Positions 53,742-62,677 of a stretch of DNA of 64,000 nt are shown in pieces. How positions within the stretch are numbered: position 1 is the first letter of the stretch; the number at the start of each line of letters is the position of its first letter. A program made the translations under genes and the position numbers. Location of the stretch: assembly GCA_965215595.1 (NCBI GenBank), contig CBDCDW010000006.1, positions 138,129-202,128 of the forward strand, given 5' to 3'. A model generated the notes under the pieces. That model was not told the DNA's origin, did not search any database, and worked only from the letters and a program-made list of their open reading frames with translations. This DNA is from an uncultured Candidatus Binatia bacterium (GTDB lineage: Bacteria > Desulfobacterota > Binatia > UBA9968 > CAXXLF01).

Positions 53742-53767
53742 GCATTTGAGAGGTCGAAAAATCGATC

Positions 53768-54055
53768 GTGACCAGCGTGGGCCCTACCATTGCGGGAATC
53801 ATCGGAGAGTTCCTCAAGACAGGCAGCTGCGCCAAGATGTACCAGTGTGTATCTCGGGTCCCGAAAAGCGTGCTGGCATTAACTGAGATTCCCGGACTCG
53901 GCGCAAAGACAATTCGGGTCCAAAGTACAAAATACAAGATTCGAAGCCTGAGGGATCTCAAATCAGCACTGGACGAAAACAAACTACAAGGTACCAAGGG
54001 TATCGGCGGAAAAACCCTTGACACGAAGAGGCAATACGTGTCCGACCACGCGTAA
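53768..54055 (+). CDS. Small ComEA-like tandem helix-hairpin-helix DNA-binding protein
   Basis: 95 aa. LTEIPGLGAKTI...LRDLKSA...GTKGIGGKTLDTKRQYV matches the ComEA/HHH_3 pattern (LPGIGxxxAxxI...G.F.S.EDL..V.GIG.KTL..I..Y). GTG start. Confidence 0.45.
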   Translation: MTSVGPTIAGIIGEFLKTGSCAKMYQCVSRVPKSVLALTEIPGLGAKTIRVQSTKYKIRSLRDLKSALDENKLQGTKGIGGKTLDTKRQYVSDHA

Positions 54056-54159
54056 CCACGACTACGAAAATTCCAAGGCGTTCATTGCACTGTTCGAAAG
54101 AGCATTTTCCAAGATTATCAATATATCCCGGCCTGACCCCAACCTTGCCAGTGAAATAT

Positions 54160-55167
54160 CTAATTTAAGCCGGACAATCCGACAAAACTCCCCGCATTTT
54201 GTTCCGCCAACAAACGCATCAAGTGTGCGAAGCGAGTTCTGTTCGCCCTGCCCAGGTCGCTAAGGAAAAGAACCGGAAATCCAAATGTATGGATGCGTAC
54301 CTTTGGATTGCCTGATGCGTCCTTTTTGTTGATTCGGGCGACTTCTCTGAGTACTTGATCTGTGCTGCCGCTGGAAAAATCGTCGCCGAAGACATAGAGG
54401 CTGATGCGTTTATCCTTATTAAAAAACCGTTTCACCGCAAACAACACCCCTTCCACGGGACTGCTATTGCTGAAGCTTTGCCAGGTTCTGAACCGGGTGA
54501 TGACGGCTTTACGGCGGGCCGGGGTATCGGGGATCCAGCGTCCCGCATACGTACTATACATATATTCTCCCATGTCATTGATCACCTGAATCCCCTTCAC
54601 CTTGGGGTGAACCGCCAGCACCTCCTCAACCTTTTTCACAACCAGGGGCCATGCGGCTCTCAGCATACTGCCTGACGTATCAACAATAAAAATGATGTAT
54701 TCACTATCGACGGGTATACCCCCGATGGTTATGTCTTTGTCCGGTGGTTTGTAGGTTGGCTGCGCAATGAGGCGTTTCATTTCGTCACTCAGGGTCTGGC
54801 GCACGGCTTGAAGTTCCCTCTCGATCCGTGTCTGCTCATTGGCTTGACTCTGGGCCGCCGCGCTACGATCCCTGGCAACGGACCATTGCTCGCTCAGCGC
54901 CGCGAGGCGATTTTGTATCTTTCTTAGTTTCTTTTTTTTCTCAGCGAGCTTACGGGTTAGGTCCTGCCCCTCGCCCACCACCTTTTCCCTATCACCTTTG
55001 ATTTGCGCAATCTTGTCGATCAAATCCACCAAAATTCGTTGGACAGTCTTAGGTTCACTGGCCAGAGCGATAATTAGCAAAAGAATGATGGCGCCAAATC
55101 CGCATGAGATGGCATCGAGAAACGACAGGTTAAAAACTTCTACGTTGCGGCGTCGGCTTTTCGTCAC
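54160..55167 (-). CDS. Fusion of an ExbD/TolR-like transmembrane anchor, a coiled coil and a von Willebrand A domain (paralog 2)
   Basis: 335 aa. N-terminal NVEVFNLSFLDAISCGFGAIILLLIIAL, with the conserved membrane Asp in ExbD/TolR-like position. ~100-aa K/E/Q/R-rich coiled coil. VWA with MIDAS IIFIVDTSGSM; also LYVFGDDFSSG. Confidence 0.7.
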   Translation of the reverse strand: MTKSRRRNVEVFNLSFLDAISCGFGAIILLLIIALASEPKTVQRILVDLIDKIAQIKGDREKVVGEGQDLTRKLAEKKKKLRKIQNRLAALSEQWSVARDRSAAAQSQANEQTRIERELQAVRQTLSDEMKRLIAQPTYKPPDKDITIGGIPVDSEYIIFIVDTSGSMLRAAWPLVVKKVEEVLAVHPKVKGIQVINDMGEYMYSTYAGRWIPDTPARRKAVITRFRTWQSFSNSSPVEGVLFAVKRFFNKDKRISLYVFGDDFSSGSTDQVLREVARINKKDASGNPKVRIHTFGFPVLFLSDLGRANRTRFAHLMRLLAEQNAGSFVGLSGLN

Positions 55168-56255
55168 GGCCAGTTCCTTGACGGTGTGATAAACGAACCG
55201 CCTGTTGCGATGGCCAATCTCCAGAACGCTTCGGCAGCGGTAGGGTCGCCCTCGAGCGGAAAAAGCAGTGTGTTGATGGGAATCCCCCTTGGCAATCTAG
55301 CGGTGGCAGATTCAAATAATTTCAGTCGATCTTTTGCCGAAATGGTATTGGCCCTTGTGGCCCGAGAGCCCTGGGTGGGGAGCCCGTCGGTTAGGAGAAT
55401 GATACTATCCGGCTTGGGTTTGAGCCTGCTAGCAACCGCGAATGCCTGGTGCAAGCTGGTGCCCTTTTCCGGTGCTATTTGTCTGACCGAGGCAATTGCG
55501 TCGTTCAACCGATGGGCCTCGCTGCTGGATAACCACCGTCCTTCAGTGTCTGCGATGACCGGATGGGCCTCCGTATTGAATTGGTAGACTTGGAATTTCT
55601 TGTTGCTTTGTAGATTTGCCACCAGCCAGTGCAGCGAACGGACAACGCGACGCCATTTAGGAGCCTGTCGACGCGATTCGGCGTTCATGAGTTTGCGGCG
55701 CACGATATTGACAATGATCTCGTCCAGCATGCTCGCCGATGCATCGAGCAATATCAACGTGCGATCGCCGCCAAGTTTCAAGCCGGTCAGGTATTGTCTT
55801 CGGCCATCGCCCGTGTAACCGATGATACGCCCGCTCGGCTTCGCAGTTATCGTCTCCCTTGATTCGAGGAGCTTTTTGGCGCTTTCGAGGGCTTCTTTTT
55901 GCCTCTCGATTGCCTCAATGGCACGCTCCTGTTCACGGGCCGATTTCGTAGCCTCTTCGGTCTGTCCCTGTGTTTCGCGGATTTTTGCCAGGAGTTGCCT
56001 GGCCTGTCCTTCTAATTCTCCTTCTCTGATCTCGGTCTTCGTGACTTCATTCTGCAGATTTGCTAGGTGCTCGCGGGCAAAATCGTACAACGCGGTCACG
56101 CGATTCAGCTCGCCCTGGAGGTCTTCCTTTTTTTCTTCCCGTTTTTCCAGGACCTGCCCATTGAGTATCATGACGAGCAAAACGACTGCGCCAAAGCCAC
56201 AGAACATGATATCCAAAAAAGCCAGGCTGAAGGGTGTGCTTTCGCGTTTTTTCAT
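55164..56255 (-). CDS. Fusion of an ExbD/TolR-like transmembrane anchor, a coiled coil and a von Willebrand A domain (paralog 1)
   Basis: 363 aa. N-terminal STPFSLAFLDIMFCGFGAVVLLVMIL; coiled coil; VWA with MIDAS LILLDASASM and SIILLTDGLPTQG. 4-nt overlap with paralog 2. Confidence 0.7.
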   Translation of the reverse strand: MKKRESTPFSLAFLDIMFCGFGAVVLLVMILNGQVLEKREEKKEDLQGELNRVTALYDFAREHLANLQNEVTKTEIREGELEGQARQLLAKIRETQGQTEEATKSAREQERAIEAIERQKEALESAKKLLESRETITAKPSGRIIGYTGDGRRQYLTGLKLGGDRTLILLDASASMLDEIIVNIVRRKLMNAESRRQAPKWRRVVRSLHWLVANLQSNKKFQVYQFNTEAHPVIADTEGRWLSSSEAHRLNDAIASVRQIAPEKGTSLHQAFAVASRLKPKPDSIILLTDGLPTQGSRATRANTISAKDRLKLFESATARLPRGIPINTLLFPLEGDPTAAEAFWRLAIATGGSFITPSRNWP

Positions 56256-56277
56256 GGCCCAATAACGCGTCTAAAGT

Positions 56278-57078
56278 TTAAGCCTTGAGTCGATTTATAA
56301 ACAGGTTGTCGCAATACCGTTCAGTGCCAAGCACTAATCGCTCTTGCATCAGTTGAATCTGATGGATGATAAACATCAATACGATGCTGATCAGCAATGC
56401 GATCAAGGTGGAGTTGAATGCCACACCGAGACTCTGGGTCACGCCCGTAATATCGCCGCTGACCGCTTGATGGGCCTGCCCCAGTGCATTACCGATGCCA
56501 CGCACCGTGCCGATGAATCCAATGGAGGGTATTGCCCAGGCTATATAGCGTATAATCGAGAGTTCCGATTCGGAACGCTCTGCTTCCGATTCACACATGT
56601 CATGGACCACCATTGAAGCGTCCTGAATGCTTTGGGTCGTGGCAAAGCGGTCACTCGCACTGAGCAAAATGCTCAGCAAAATGTACTCCTGCATATTGAT
56701 GGGGACTTCCTCCCGGATCCTCTTTGATATGCCACGCGCCGTTTCAACGCTAATGTTGGCGTTTTTCGGCAAACCGATAAAATCCCACTCAAGTTGGCGC
56801 TGCTGGCGTAACGCAACCCACCCCTTGAAGGTCAGTATCGCCAAAGCCCAGAACATTAGTACAAAACAAGCCTCTTGCTCATAATCACGGATCACAACGT
56901 AGTAGGAACGCTCTGGCACAAAATTAGGATCGATTTTCATTTGCGCATGTTGCTCGGCCAGAAATGCGTCGGCGTTCGGCCGAACCACGGCAACGTAGTA
57001 CGCATGTATGACGATGAACGCTATCAAAAGCGCAAATACTTGGATGACCAGTTCGGTTGGAAAGTACTTTTTCATCAT
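56278..57078 (-). CDS. MotA/TolQ/ExbB-family proton-channel protein
   Basis: 266 aa. Three transmembrane helices; C-terminal signature IAWAIPSIGFIGTVRGIGNALGQ...GDITGVTQSLGVAFNSTLIALLISIVLMFIIHQ, compare TolQ/ExbB LGLLGTVxGM...GIxEALxTT. Confidence 0.75.
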   Translation of the reverse strand: MMKKYFPTELVIQVFALLIAFIVIHAYYVAVVRPNADAFLAEQHAQMKIDPNFVPERSYYVVIRDYEQEACFVLMFWALAILTFKGWVALRQQRQLEWDFIGLPKNANISVETARGISKRIREEVPINMQEYILLSILLSASDRFATTQSIQDASMVVHDMCESEAERSESELSIIRYIAWAIPSIGFIGTVRGIGNALGQAHQAVSGDITGVTQSLGVAFNSTLIALLISIVLMFIIHQIQLMQERLVLGTERYCDNLFINRLKA

Positions 57079-57084
57079 GTGACC

Positions 57085-57342
57085 TCAAATGTCCGTCGGA
57101 AATGAAACCGCTTTGTCGGCAGACACTTTTTCACTGGGAACGAATGTTAAAGGCGGGGGTGTTTTCTGGCGTTTACTCTCATCCGCCGTGGGGGGCCGGA
57201 TACCCGAAGGTTCAGAAGTTGTCTTATTGGATTCGGACGCCGCGAGGGCGTATCCGATGACCACCATCGAAATCAGCAACACCCCTAAACAGTATATAAT
57301 CAAGCGTGTATTACTTCGGCGATTCCGTGGCATAACGTGCAA
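57085..57342 (-). CDS. Possible small membrane protein, one transmembrane helix plus a Pro-rich tail. Weak call.
   Basis: 85 aa. LIIYCLGVLLISMVVIGYALAA, then PSGIRPPTADESKRQKTPPPLTFVP. Sits in the 230-nt gap between the MotA-like and FHA-PEGA genes, overlapping the latter by 32 nt. Confidence 0.3.
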   Translation of the reverse strand: MHVMPRNRRSNTRLIIYCLGVLLISMVVIGYALAASESNKTTSEPSGIRPPTADESKRQKTPPPLTFVPSEKVSADKAVSFPTDI

Positions 57343-59758
57343 TCCTGAAACCGATGTCGTTGCGAGGTTTCAACGTATAGTCCCGGTAGGACAACCGCAA
57401 CTGCGTAATGCCCCCGTGGCGCCAGCTAGCCCCTCGGACCCCATGAAGGTCCCCCGTTTTTGGGCCCATGGGATCGCGGAGCACCTGTTTGATGCCGCCC
57501 GTATATACATAGTAGTAGTCATGAATCCATTCTGCGACATTACCGCCTAAATCAAACAACCCGGCTTTGTTGGGTGGAAATTGACCCACCGGCGCCGCGA
57601 ATAAATACCCGTCCGAGTATCCTTTAATGATCACCGGCAATCGACCCGAGGCCGTGTCGTCGGCGTAGTTGCCGCTCCTATTGGGCGGTGGCATTTTAGC
57701 GCCCCATGGATACTTCAACGGCTTGTCGGTAGAGCGATGCCCCCCTTCATATCGCGCTGCGAACACCCATTCGGCTTCCGTAGGCAGACGATACCCGGCT
57801 GTCATGGGCTCCACAGCCACCATCTTTCCGTTCTGCTCACGATAGGCAGGCCGAAAACCGTCCTGTTTGCCGAGCCAATTCATATATCGTGCGGCATCGT
57901 CCCAGTGCACCGATACAACGGGTTGATCGGGCTGGTTCAAACTAACGCCCTTTCTGGTTCCCGAATCATGTTGCTTCCTGAATCTGTGAAACTCCTTATT
58001 CGTCACTTCCTTTTCGCTTATAAAAAACGAGCGAGTAAGCTCCACCACGTATTGTGTTTCATTGGAGCGTCGGCCCGCCTCCCGGCGCGAGGCGCCTAGT
58101 CGGAATTGGGTTGGTTTACTTATCTGAATTTGGAGTAACACTTGACCCGCCGCCGTCTTTGGTTCGTTGGCCATAACCTTCGATTTGGCACTACGAATCT
58201 TCTCGAGGCGAACATCAAGGCTCTTTGAAATTCCCTGTCGAGGAGTGACGTTCACTGAGTGGGTCTCATATCCGGGTTTGGTGATTTCCAACCGATGCGG
58301 CGCAGTGCTTAGCCGTAATCGCTGCGATGCGGATCCCGCATCTTTGCCATCCACTTTGAGCCTTGCGCCGGCAGGTCGGGTATTGAGAAATACAATACCG
58401 TGCTCAGCCGTTAACTCAATTTCGAGAGAATTTGGCTTGTCACCATCGAGTCTAACCGTCCGAGACACGGTCTTAAATCCTGGCTTATCAACCGTTAATT
58501 TGTGGTCCTGGCCTGACTTGAGGGTAAGGGTGATGGGTGAAGGCCCGCGGAGTTCCCCATTCACCGTAACGGCTGCACCCGACGGGGAAGTGGCAAGCTT
58601 TAGAACGCCGTCAACCTTCTCGAGTTGGAACAACGGTAGCTTAACCGTCTCATTTGCCTTGACCCTTACATCACTGGAGAGGGGTTTCCAGCCGTTCTTG
58701 CGAAGTTCTATACGATGGTTGCCGTTCATGGGCTCCACCCTGAGGGGCGTTACACCAACTCCGGTTCCATTTAGCAGCACTTCCGCCCCGCTGGGCTCGC
58801 TGGCAATTTCCAGGGTGCCCCACCCGGGCATGAGGGTGACCTCTTTGGTTTGACTGTCCCCTTTCCCACGAACCTCAATTGTCTCCTTGAAGGGGAGATA
58901 ACGATCCGCCTCCACGCGGAGTTCGCGCCGGCCAGCTTCGACTTCCAAAGATTTTAACGGTGTGAGCCCCGCCTCCTTACCATCGATGAATACAGCAGCA
59001 GACGTAACCGGGTGGGACACCACGTCAAGAAATCCGGGCAATTCGATTAATTTAAAACTGAGCACCAATTCCGATCCGAACTCGACATCAATGAGTTGTT
59101 CGAATTTACGATAACCTGACTTTTCCGCCTCAACCACATACCTTCCTGGCAAGGCCAAATACCGTCCAACAAACGGTACGGTGGGCCAAAAACCGCTAAG
59201 GGACACCGAGTCCGGCTTCGGAGTTACAGTCACCCGCACGGGAGCAGCCGCGATGACGAACACAACCCCACCCAATAGCAATGCAAACAACGCGAAGAGC
59301 ACTTTCAAACCCCGGTTACTTCGTTCACGAACGTGACCGATGGGTCTTACCGGAGTGATATTCGGTTCAGCCGAGGTTCCTTTGCCTGTCCCTTCCATCG
59401 CAGAAACGGCTAGGTTACCCGTTTGATGGGTACTCTCCGCTTCAACCGGCGACAGCACCAATGTTCCGGCCGTGCGCGCAACTCGGATCACCTGCCGGCC
59501 AATTTCGATTGTGTCGCCTGCAGCAAGCCACGCCGATTCTTCGAGCCTGCTGCCGTTCAACTGAACGGATTTAGACCCGGCTACGGGTTGTAGAAAAATT
59601 TTTCCCTCTTTATCCCCAAGCCATGCCACCACTATTGATTCCGCGAGGGTGCCAAACAGCAGGGATTCATCGTGGGATACACCAATGGCCAAAGGAAGGT
59701 CTGGCTCTGAAAGATCTTGCATCCCCTCAAAACCATTGATCCGTAAAATTGCGGTCAA
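57311..59758 (-). CDS. Multidomain envelope protein: cytoplasmic FHA-like domain, transmembrane helix, 4x PEGA domains, and a C-terminal FGE-sulfatase (SUMF1/GldJ-K-like) domain
   Basis: 815 aa. FHA-like N-terminus (LAIGVS...VQLNGSRL...GDTIEIG); TM VLFALFALLLGGVVFVIAAAPV; PEGA repeats (SEPSGAEVLLNGTGVGVTPL; ATSPSGAAVTVNGELRGPSP; NTRPAGARLKVDGKDAGSAS); FGE domain (GYRLPTEAEWVFAARYEGG...FDLGGNVAEWIHD...RGASWRHG...GFRIARY). Confidence 0.7.
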   Translation of the reverse strand: MTAILRINGFEGMQDLSEPDLPLAIGVSHDESLLFGTLAESIVVAWLGDKEGKIFLQPVAGSKSVQLNGSRLEESAWLAAGDTIEIGRQVIRVARTAGTLVLSPVEAESTHQTGNLAVSAMEGTGKGTSAEPNITPVRPIGHVRERSNRGLKVLFALFALLLGGVVFVIAAAPVRVTVTPKPDSVSLSGFWPTVPFVGRYLALPGRYVVEAEKSGYRKFEQLIDVEFGSELVLSFKLIELPGFLDVVSHPVTSAAVFIDGKEAGLTPLKSLEVEAGRRELRVEADRYLPFKETIEVRGKGDSQTKEVTLMPGWGTLEIASEPSGAEVLLNGTGVGVTPLRVEPMNGNHRIELRKNGWKPLSSDVRVKANETVKLPLFQLEKVDGVLKLATSPSGAAVTVNGELRGPSPITLTLKSGQDHKLTVDKPGFKTVSRTVRLDGDKPNSLEIELTAEHGIVFLNTRPAGARLKVDGKDAGSASQRLRLSTAPHRLEITKPGYETHSVNVTPRQGISKSLDVRLEKIRSAKSKVMANEPKTAAGQVLLQIQISKPTQFRLGASRREAGRRSNETQYVVELTRSFFISEKEVTNKEFHRFRKQHDSGTRKGVSLNQPDQPVVSVHWDDAARYMNWLGKQDGFRPAYREQNGKMVAVEPMTAGYRLPTEAEWVFAARYEGGHRSTDKPLKYPWGAKMPPPNRSGNYADDTASGRLPVIIKGYSDGYLFAAPVGQFPPNKAGLFDLGGNVAEWIHDYYYVYTGGIKQVLRDPMGPKTGDLHGVRGASWRHGGITQLRLSYRDYTLKPRNDIGFRIARYATESPK

Positions 59759-61278
59759 ATTTTTTCCTCACAGCGAACGATGATGACCGTTTCTTCACTC
59801 GATACAGGCACGCGGAAACGAACACGGACATCACGATAACCGGTACGGGAGCCCACTACTGTATATTCCCCGGGCCGCAGCATCATGCGACGCTCGCTAA
59901 AACGGCCAAAGCGTCCTATTCGGTATAGTGTAACGTCAGTCAGTTTATCAGAGCGGAGGACAACGGGGCGGGGCGTGCTAAAGTCATCCACGAGGGTACC
60001 CAGGCGCTCAAGCTTTGCACGTAGGTTCGCACCGAGGTTCGACATTCCACTGGACATTAACAGTAACTTTCCTGCTTGCGCCAATGGATCGGGCGACTGC
60101 AAGCGCTCCGGATTTGTCAGGAAAAAATCAACCTGCCGGTCTAGCCGAACATATTTTTCCGCCCGGGTTTTGCCTCGCATGGCAAAAGTCGCATTCTGAT
60201 CGATGCCCAATGCTTGGTCGTAGGCCTTGAGAGCCTGCTCCCAACGTTTACCTTCCTCATGCTGCGCGGCACTCCTGCGTATCTCTTCCAGTGCGGAAAT
60301 TTGCTTCGCTTTCCGCAATTTTCGACCGAGGCTTTGAACTTCGGGAGCGTTAGGGCGAAAGCTGGCCGCCTGATCCAGAGATTGCTGCGATTGCTCAAAT
60401 TCTTTTCGTTCCAATGCCGCCGATGCGGAGGATATGGCGCTTTTGTATTTCCGCTTGACAATTAACTCGTCGATCCGCCGCAGGCGATCACGGGCGGGTT
60501 GATAGTCCCCGTCGAGGGCAATTGCCGCGGCATACTCTTTCTTCGCCTGGACTAGATCCCCTTTCGATTCAAAGGCATGCCCTTGCTGAACTCGTTCAAT
60601 GACTTGTTTGAGATTACGCGCCCTGTTTAAACCGTGGTTTGCGGCCACATTCCCCGGATCAAGGGAGAGAGCCATTTCAAACTGGGTTTGTGCCGCCTGG
60701 TCATCGATTTGCTCGAGGGACTTCGTCCCTTTTCGCATTGCATTTTGCAGCCGATCCGGTTGGCTGGTTTCGAGCTGGTTAAACAGTGACAAGGTCTCGC
60801 TATAGCTCTTCCCGGCTAGCTCAAAACGCCCGGCATCAAGATGCGCATTCCCATCGGCAACTTTCGCCAAGGCGGCCGGGTAACTCGTTGCCATTTTTTC
60901 TTTACCCCAAATCTTGACGCCGTTGTTTTCAAGCCGTGCCTGATGTTCCAGGACTCCGCGCAGCAGATTTTTCGCCTTCATTTTCGCGTGGGCTTGAAGC
61001 TCAGAAGTTTTCGTCGATTTGGAAATCGGCGTTTCGGGTCTGGGTGTCTCCGTTTTGGCCGGAGTCGTATTGGATGGCCGGCCGACCAGTCTGGGCAAGA
61101 TCACGACCACTCCTATGGCTCCCACAGTGACAACCGCAAATACGAGGAACAACAATACATTTGAGCGTTTGTACCCGGCCTCCTGTGAAATAGAAGGCGG
61201 CACCGAGGGTGAGGTAAGATCTGGTTTGGCCTTCGCTGGCGGTGGCGTGAGCACCGGTCTGCGTGGCTTCTGTTCCAC
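59755..61278 (-). CDS. Membrane-anchored TPR-repeat protein
   Basis: 507 aa. Pro-rich N-terminus; TM LLFLVFAVVTVGAIGVVVIL; multiple TPR-like helical repeats (AY..ALxxDPxN-type); basic C-terminal beta-rich tail. Confidence 0.6.
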   Translation of the reverse strand: MEQKPRRPVLTPPPAKAKPDLTSPSVPPSISQEAGYKRSNVLLFLVFAVVTVGAIGVVVILPRLVGRPSNTTPAKTETPRPETPISKSTKTSELQAHAKMKAKNLLRGVLEHQARLENNGVKIWGKEKMATSYPAALAKVADGNAHLDAGRFELAGKSYSETLSLFNQLETSQPDRLQNAMRKGTKSLEQIDDQAAQTQFEMALSLDPGNVAANHGLNRARNLKQVIERVQQGHAFESKGDLVQAKKEYAAAIALDGDYQPARDRLRRIDELIVKRKYKSAISSASAALERKEFEQSQQSLDQAASFRPNAPEVQSLGRKLRKAKQISALEEIRRSAAQHEEGKRWEQALKAYDQALGIDQNATFAMRGKTRAEKYVRLDRQVDFFLTNPERLQSPDPLAQAGKLLLMSSGMSNLGANLRAKLERLGTLVDDFSTPRPVVLRSDKLTDVTLYRIGRFGRFSERRMMLRPGEYTVVGSRTGYRDVRVRFRVPVSSEETVIIVRCEEKI

Positions 61279-61297
61279 TTAGAGGATTCCTCGCAAA

Positions 61298-62677
61298 CTA
61301 AAGCTGTTCCATTTCCATCCCGTTCTCATTTGGAACAACGGGAATGGAATCGGTAGACCCGTTCTCGATTGAATCGATGGGTTGTACTTCTGTGGGGACG
61401 GAAGGTCTTAGTGTACCAACCTCCCGTTCATGAATGTCTTTTAGAATTCCACGCCACTGTTCAAATTTCGCTTCGGCAGAACCCCTCAGTTCCACCGTTT
61501 CACCCTCGATTTGAACCACAGTGACTTTAAGGTCTTCCGACAGAGAGTCACCAAGTTCCTCCAGTGCCGCTTTGTGGATCTCCATATCCTGTTTGGCTTT
61601 GGACGACGCCTCAATAGCCATACTGACGCTGACAGCGGTGGCCGTTCCCGCGATGACACCGCCAACAGCCGCACCAGACTTTCCGCCGGCGACAGCAATG
61701 CCCACCCCCACAAGGGTCCCCAAGACTCCCAATGCGACAGCACGGCCCAACTTTTTATTCCGCTTTTTTTCCAGATCACGTACGGCATTCATCTCATTGA
61801 GGCGGGCGCTGCGCCACTGGGTATACTCAGCACTCATTTCCCGGGATAGCCTTTCGTATTGCAGGTCCAGGGTGTCAACCAGTGCTTCCTCACGGACGCG
61901 AATGCGCCTAATTCGCTTCAACATGGAATCATCATCTGCCGGTAGCCGCGCAACCCTGAAAATTGGACTGGTCTCAGATGGTGCAGAATTCCTTGACCAG
62001 AAGGAATTGGATTCCTGCTTCAGTACCCCGTTAACCAAGTAGCCCTTGAACGCATCCGGTGCGAACTCTTCGGCGAACCTCAGTTCTGCAACCTGACGAA
62101 TCGACTCGACTTCCTTGGACGCCATCTTCACGCGATGCTGTGCCAGATCGTTGGCGATTCGGTTGTATAAATATTGAAAGGGTTCTGTGTTGTTTTCCAA
62201 CCGGTCGTAGACTTTAAGATCCACGACTTCTTCATACTCTTTTTCAAACCATAACAACCCGGTGGCGTCATGGACACTGATTTCAAGCTTCAATATCTCA
62301 CCATCGGATTCCAGGATCCGGCCGGTGATGATCACCTCACCGCCGGTAACCGCCGTGGAAACAACCCGTACGGGCCCCCAATAGCCCGACTGTTGCATGG
62401 CGTTTCTTAACTGGACCGCTGAGTAATACCCTTCCGCCTTCCGGATTTCCTTGGATATGCCACGTGACTCATCCTCCTCTTTCGAGATCTCTCCCGGCTC
62501 AAATGGCTTGATTCGGACCCCCAAGAGCTCAGCTTCAACGATTTCCAATTTCGGCTGAGCAAGTACGACCTTTTCGTAGCTCACGTCTCGTTTTGCGAAG
62601 GTAGACGCACATCCACCCAGGAAACAAATTCCGATAATGGCTCCGAGCCAAACTCGTATTTGAGACCCAAGTATCAT
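61298..62677 (-). CDS. Predicted lipoprotein with a C-terminal Gly/Ala-rich glycine-zipper segment
   Basis: The likely start MILGSQIRVWLGAIIGICFLGGC has lipobox LGGC. Central coiled-coil region. ALGVLGTLVGVGIAVAGGKSGAAVGGVIAGTATAV glycine zipper. Acidic C-terminus. Confidence 0.5.
   Translation of the reverse strand: MILGSQIRVWLGAIIGICFLGGCASTFAKRDVSYEKVVLAQPKLEIVEAELLGVRIKPFEPGEISKEEDESRGISKEIRKAEGYYSAVQLRNAMQQSGYWGPVRVVSTAVTGGEVIITGRILESDGEILKLEISVHDATGLLWFEKEYEEVVDLKVYDRLENNTEPFQYLYNRIANDLAQHRVKMASKEVESIRQVAELRFAEEFAPDAFKGYLVNGVLKQESNSFWSRNSAPSETSPIFRVARLPADDDSMLKRIRRIRVREEALVDTLDLQYERLSREMSAEYTQWRSARLNEMNAVRDLEKKRNKKLGRAVALGVLGTLVGVGIAVAGGKSGAAVGGVIAGTATAVSVSMAIEASSKAKQDMEIHKAALEELGDSLSEDLKVTVVQIEGETVELRGSAEAKFEQWRGILKDIHEREVGTLRPSVPTEVQPIDSIENGSTDSIPVVPNENGMEMEQL

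Noticed and set aside
53768-54055. Interpretation as an N-terminal fragment of a PolX-family DNA polymerase (HhH motifs)
   Set aside because: The two-HhH arrangement with the G.F.S.EDL..V.GIG.KTL..I..Y spacing fits the stand-alone ComEA/HHH_3 domain better. There is no polymerase palm or thumb remnant on either side.
58167-58853. 228-aa + strand ORF
   Set aside because: It is antisense to the PEGA-repeat region of the 815-aa gene and has Ser/Pro/Leu-rich composition typical of antisense frames.
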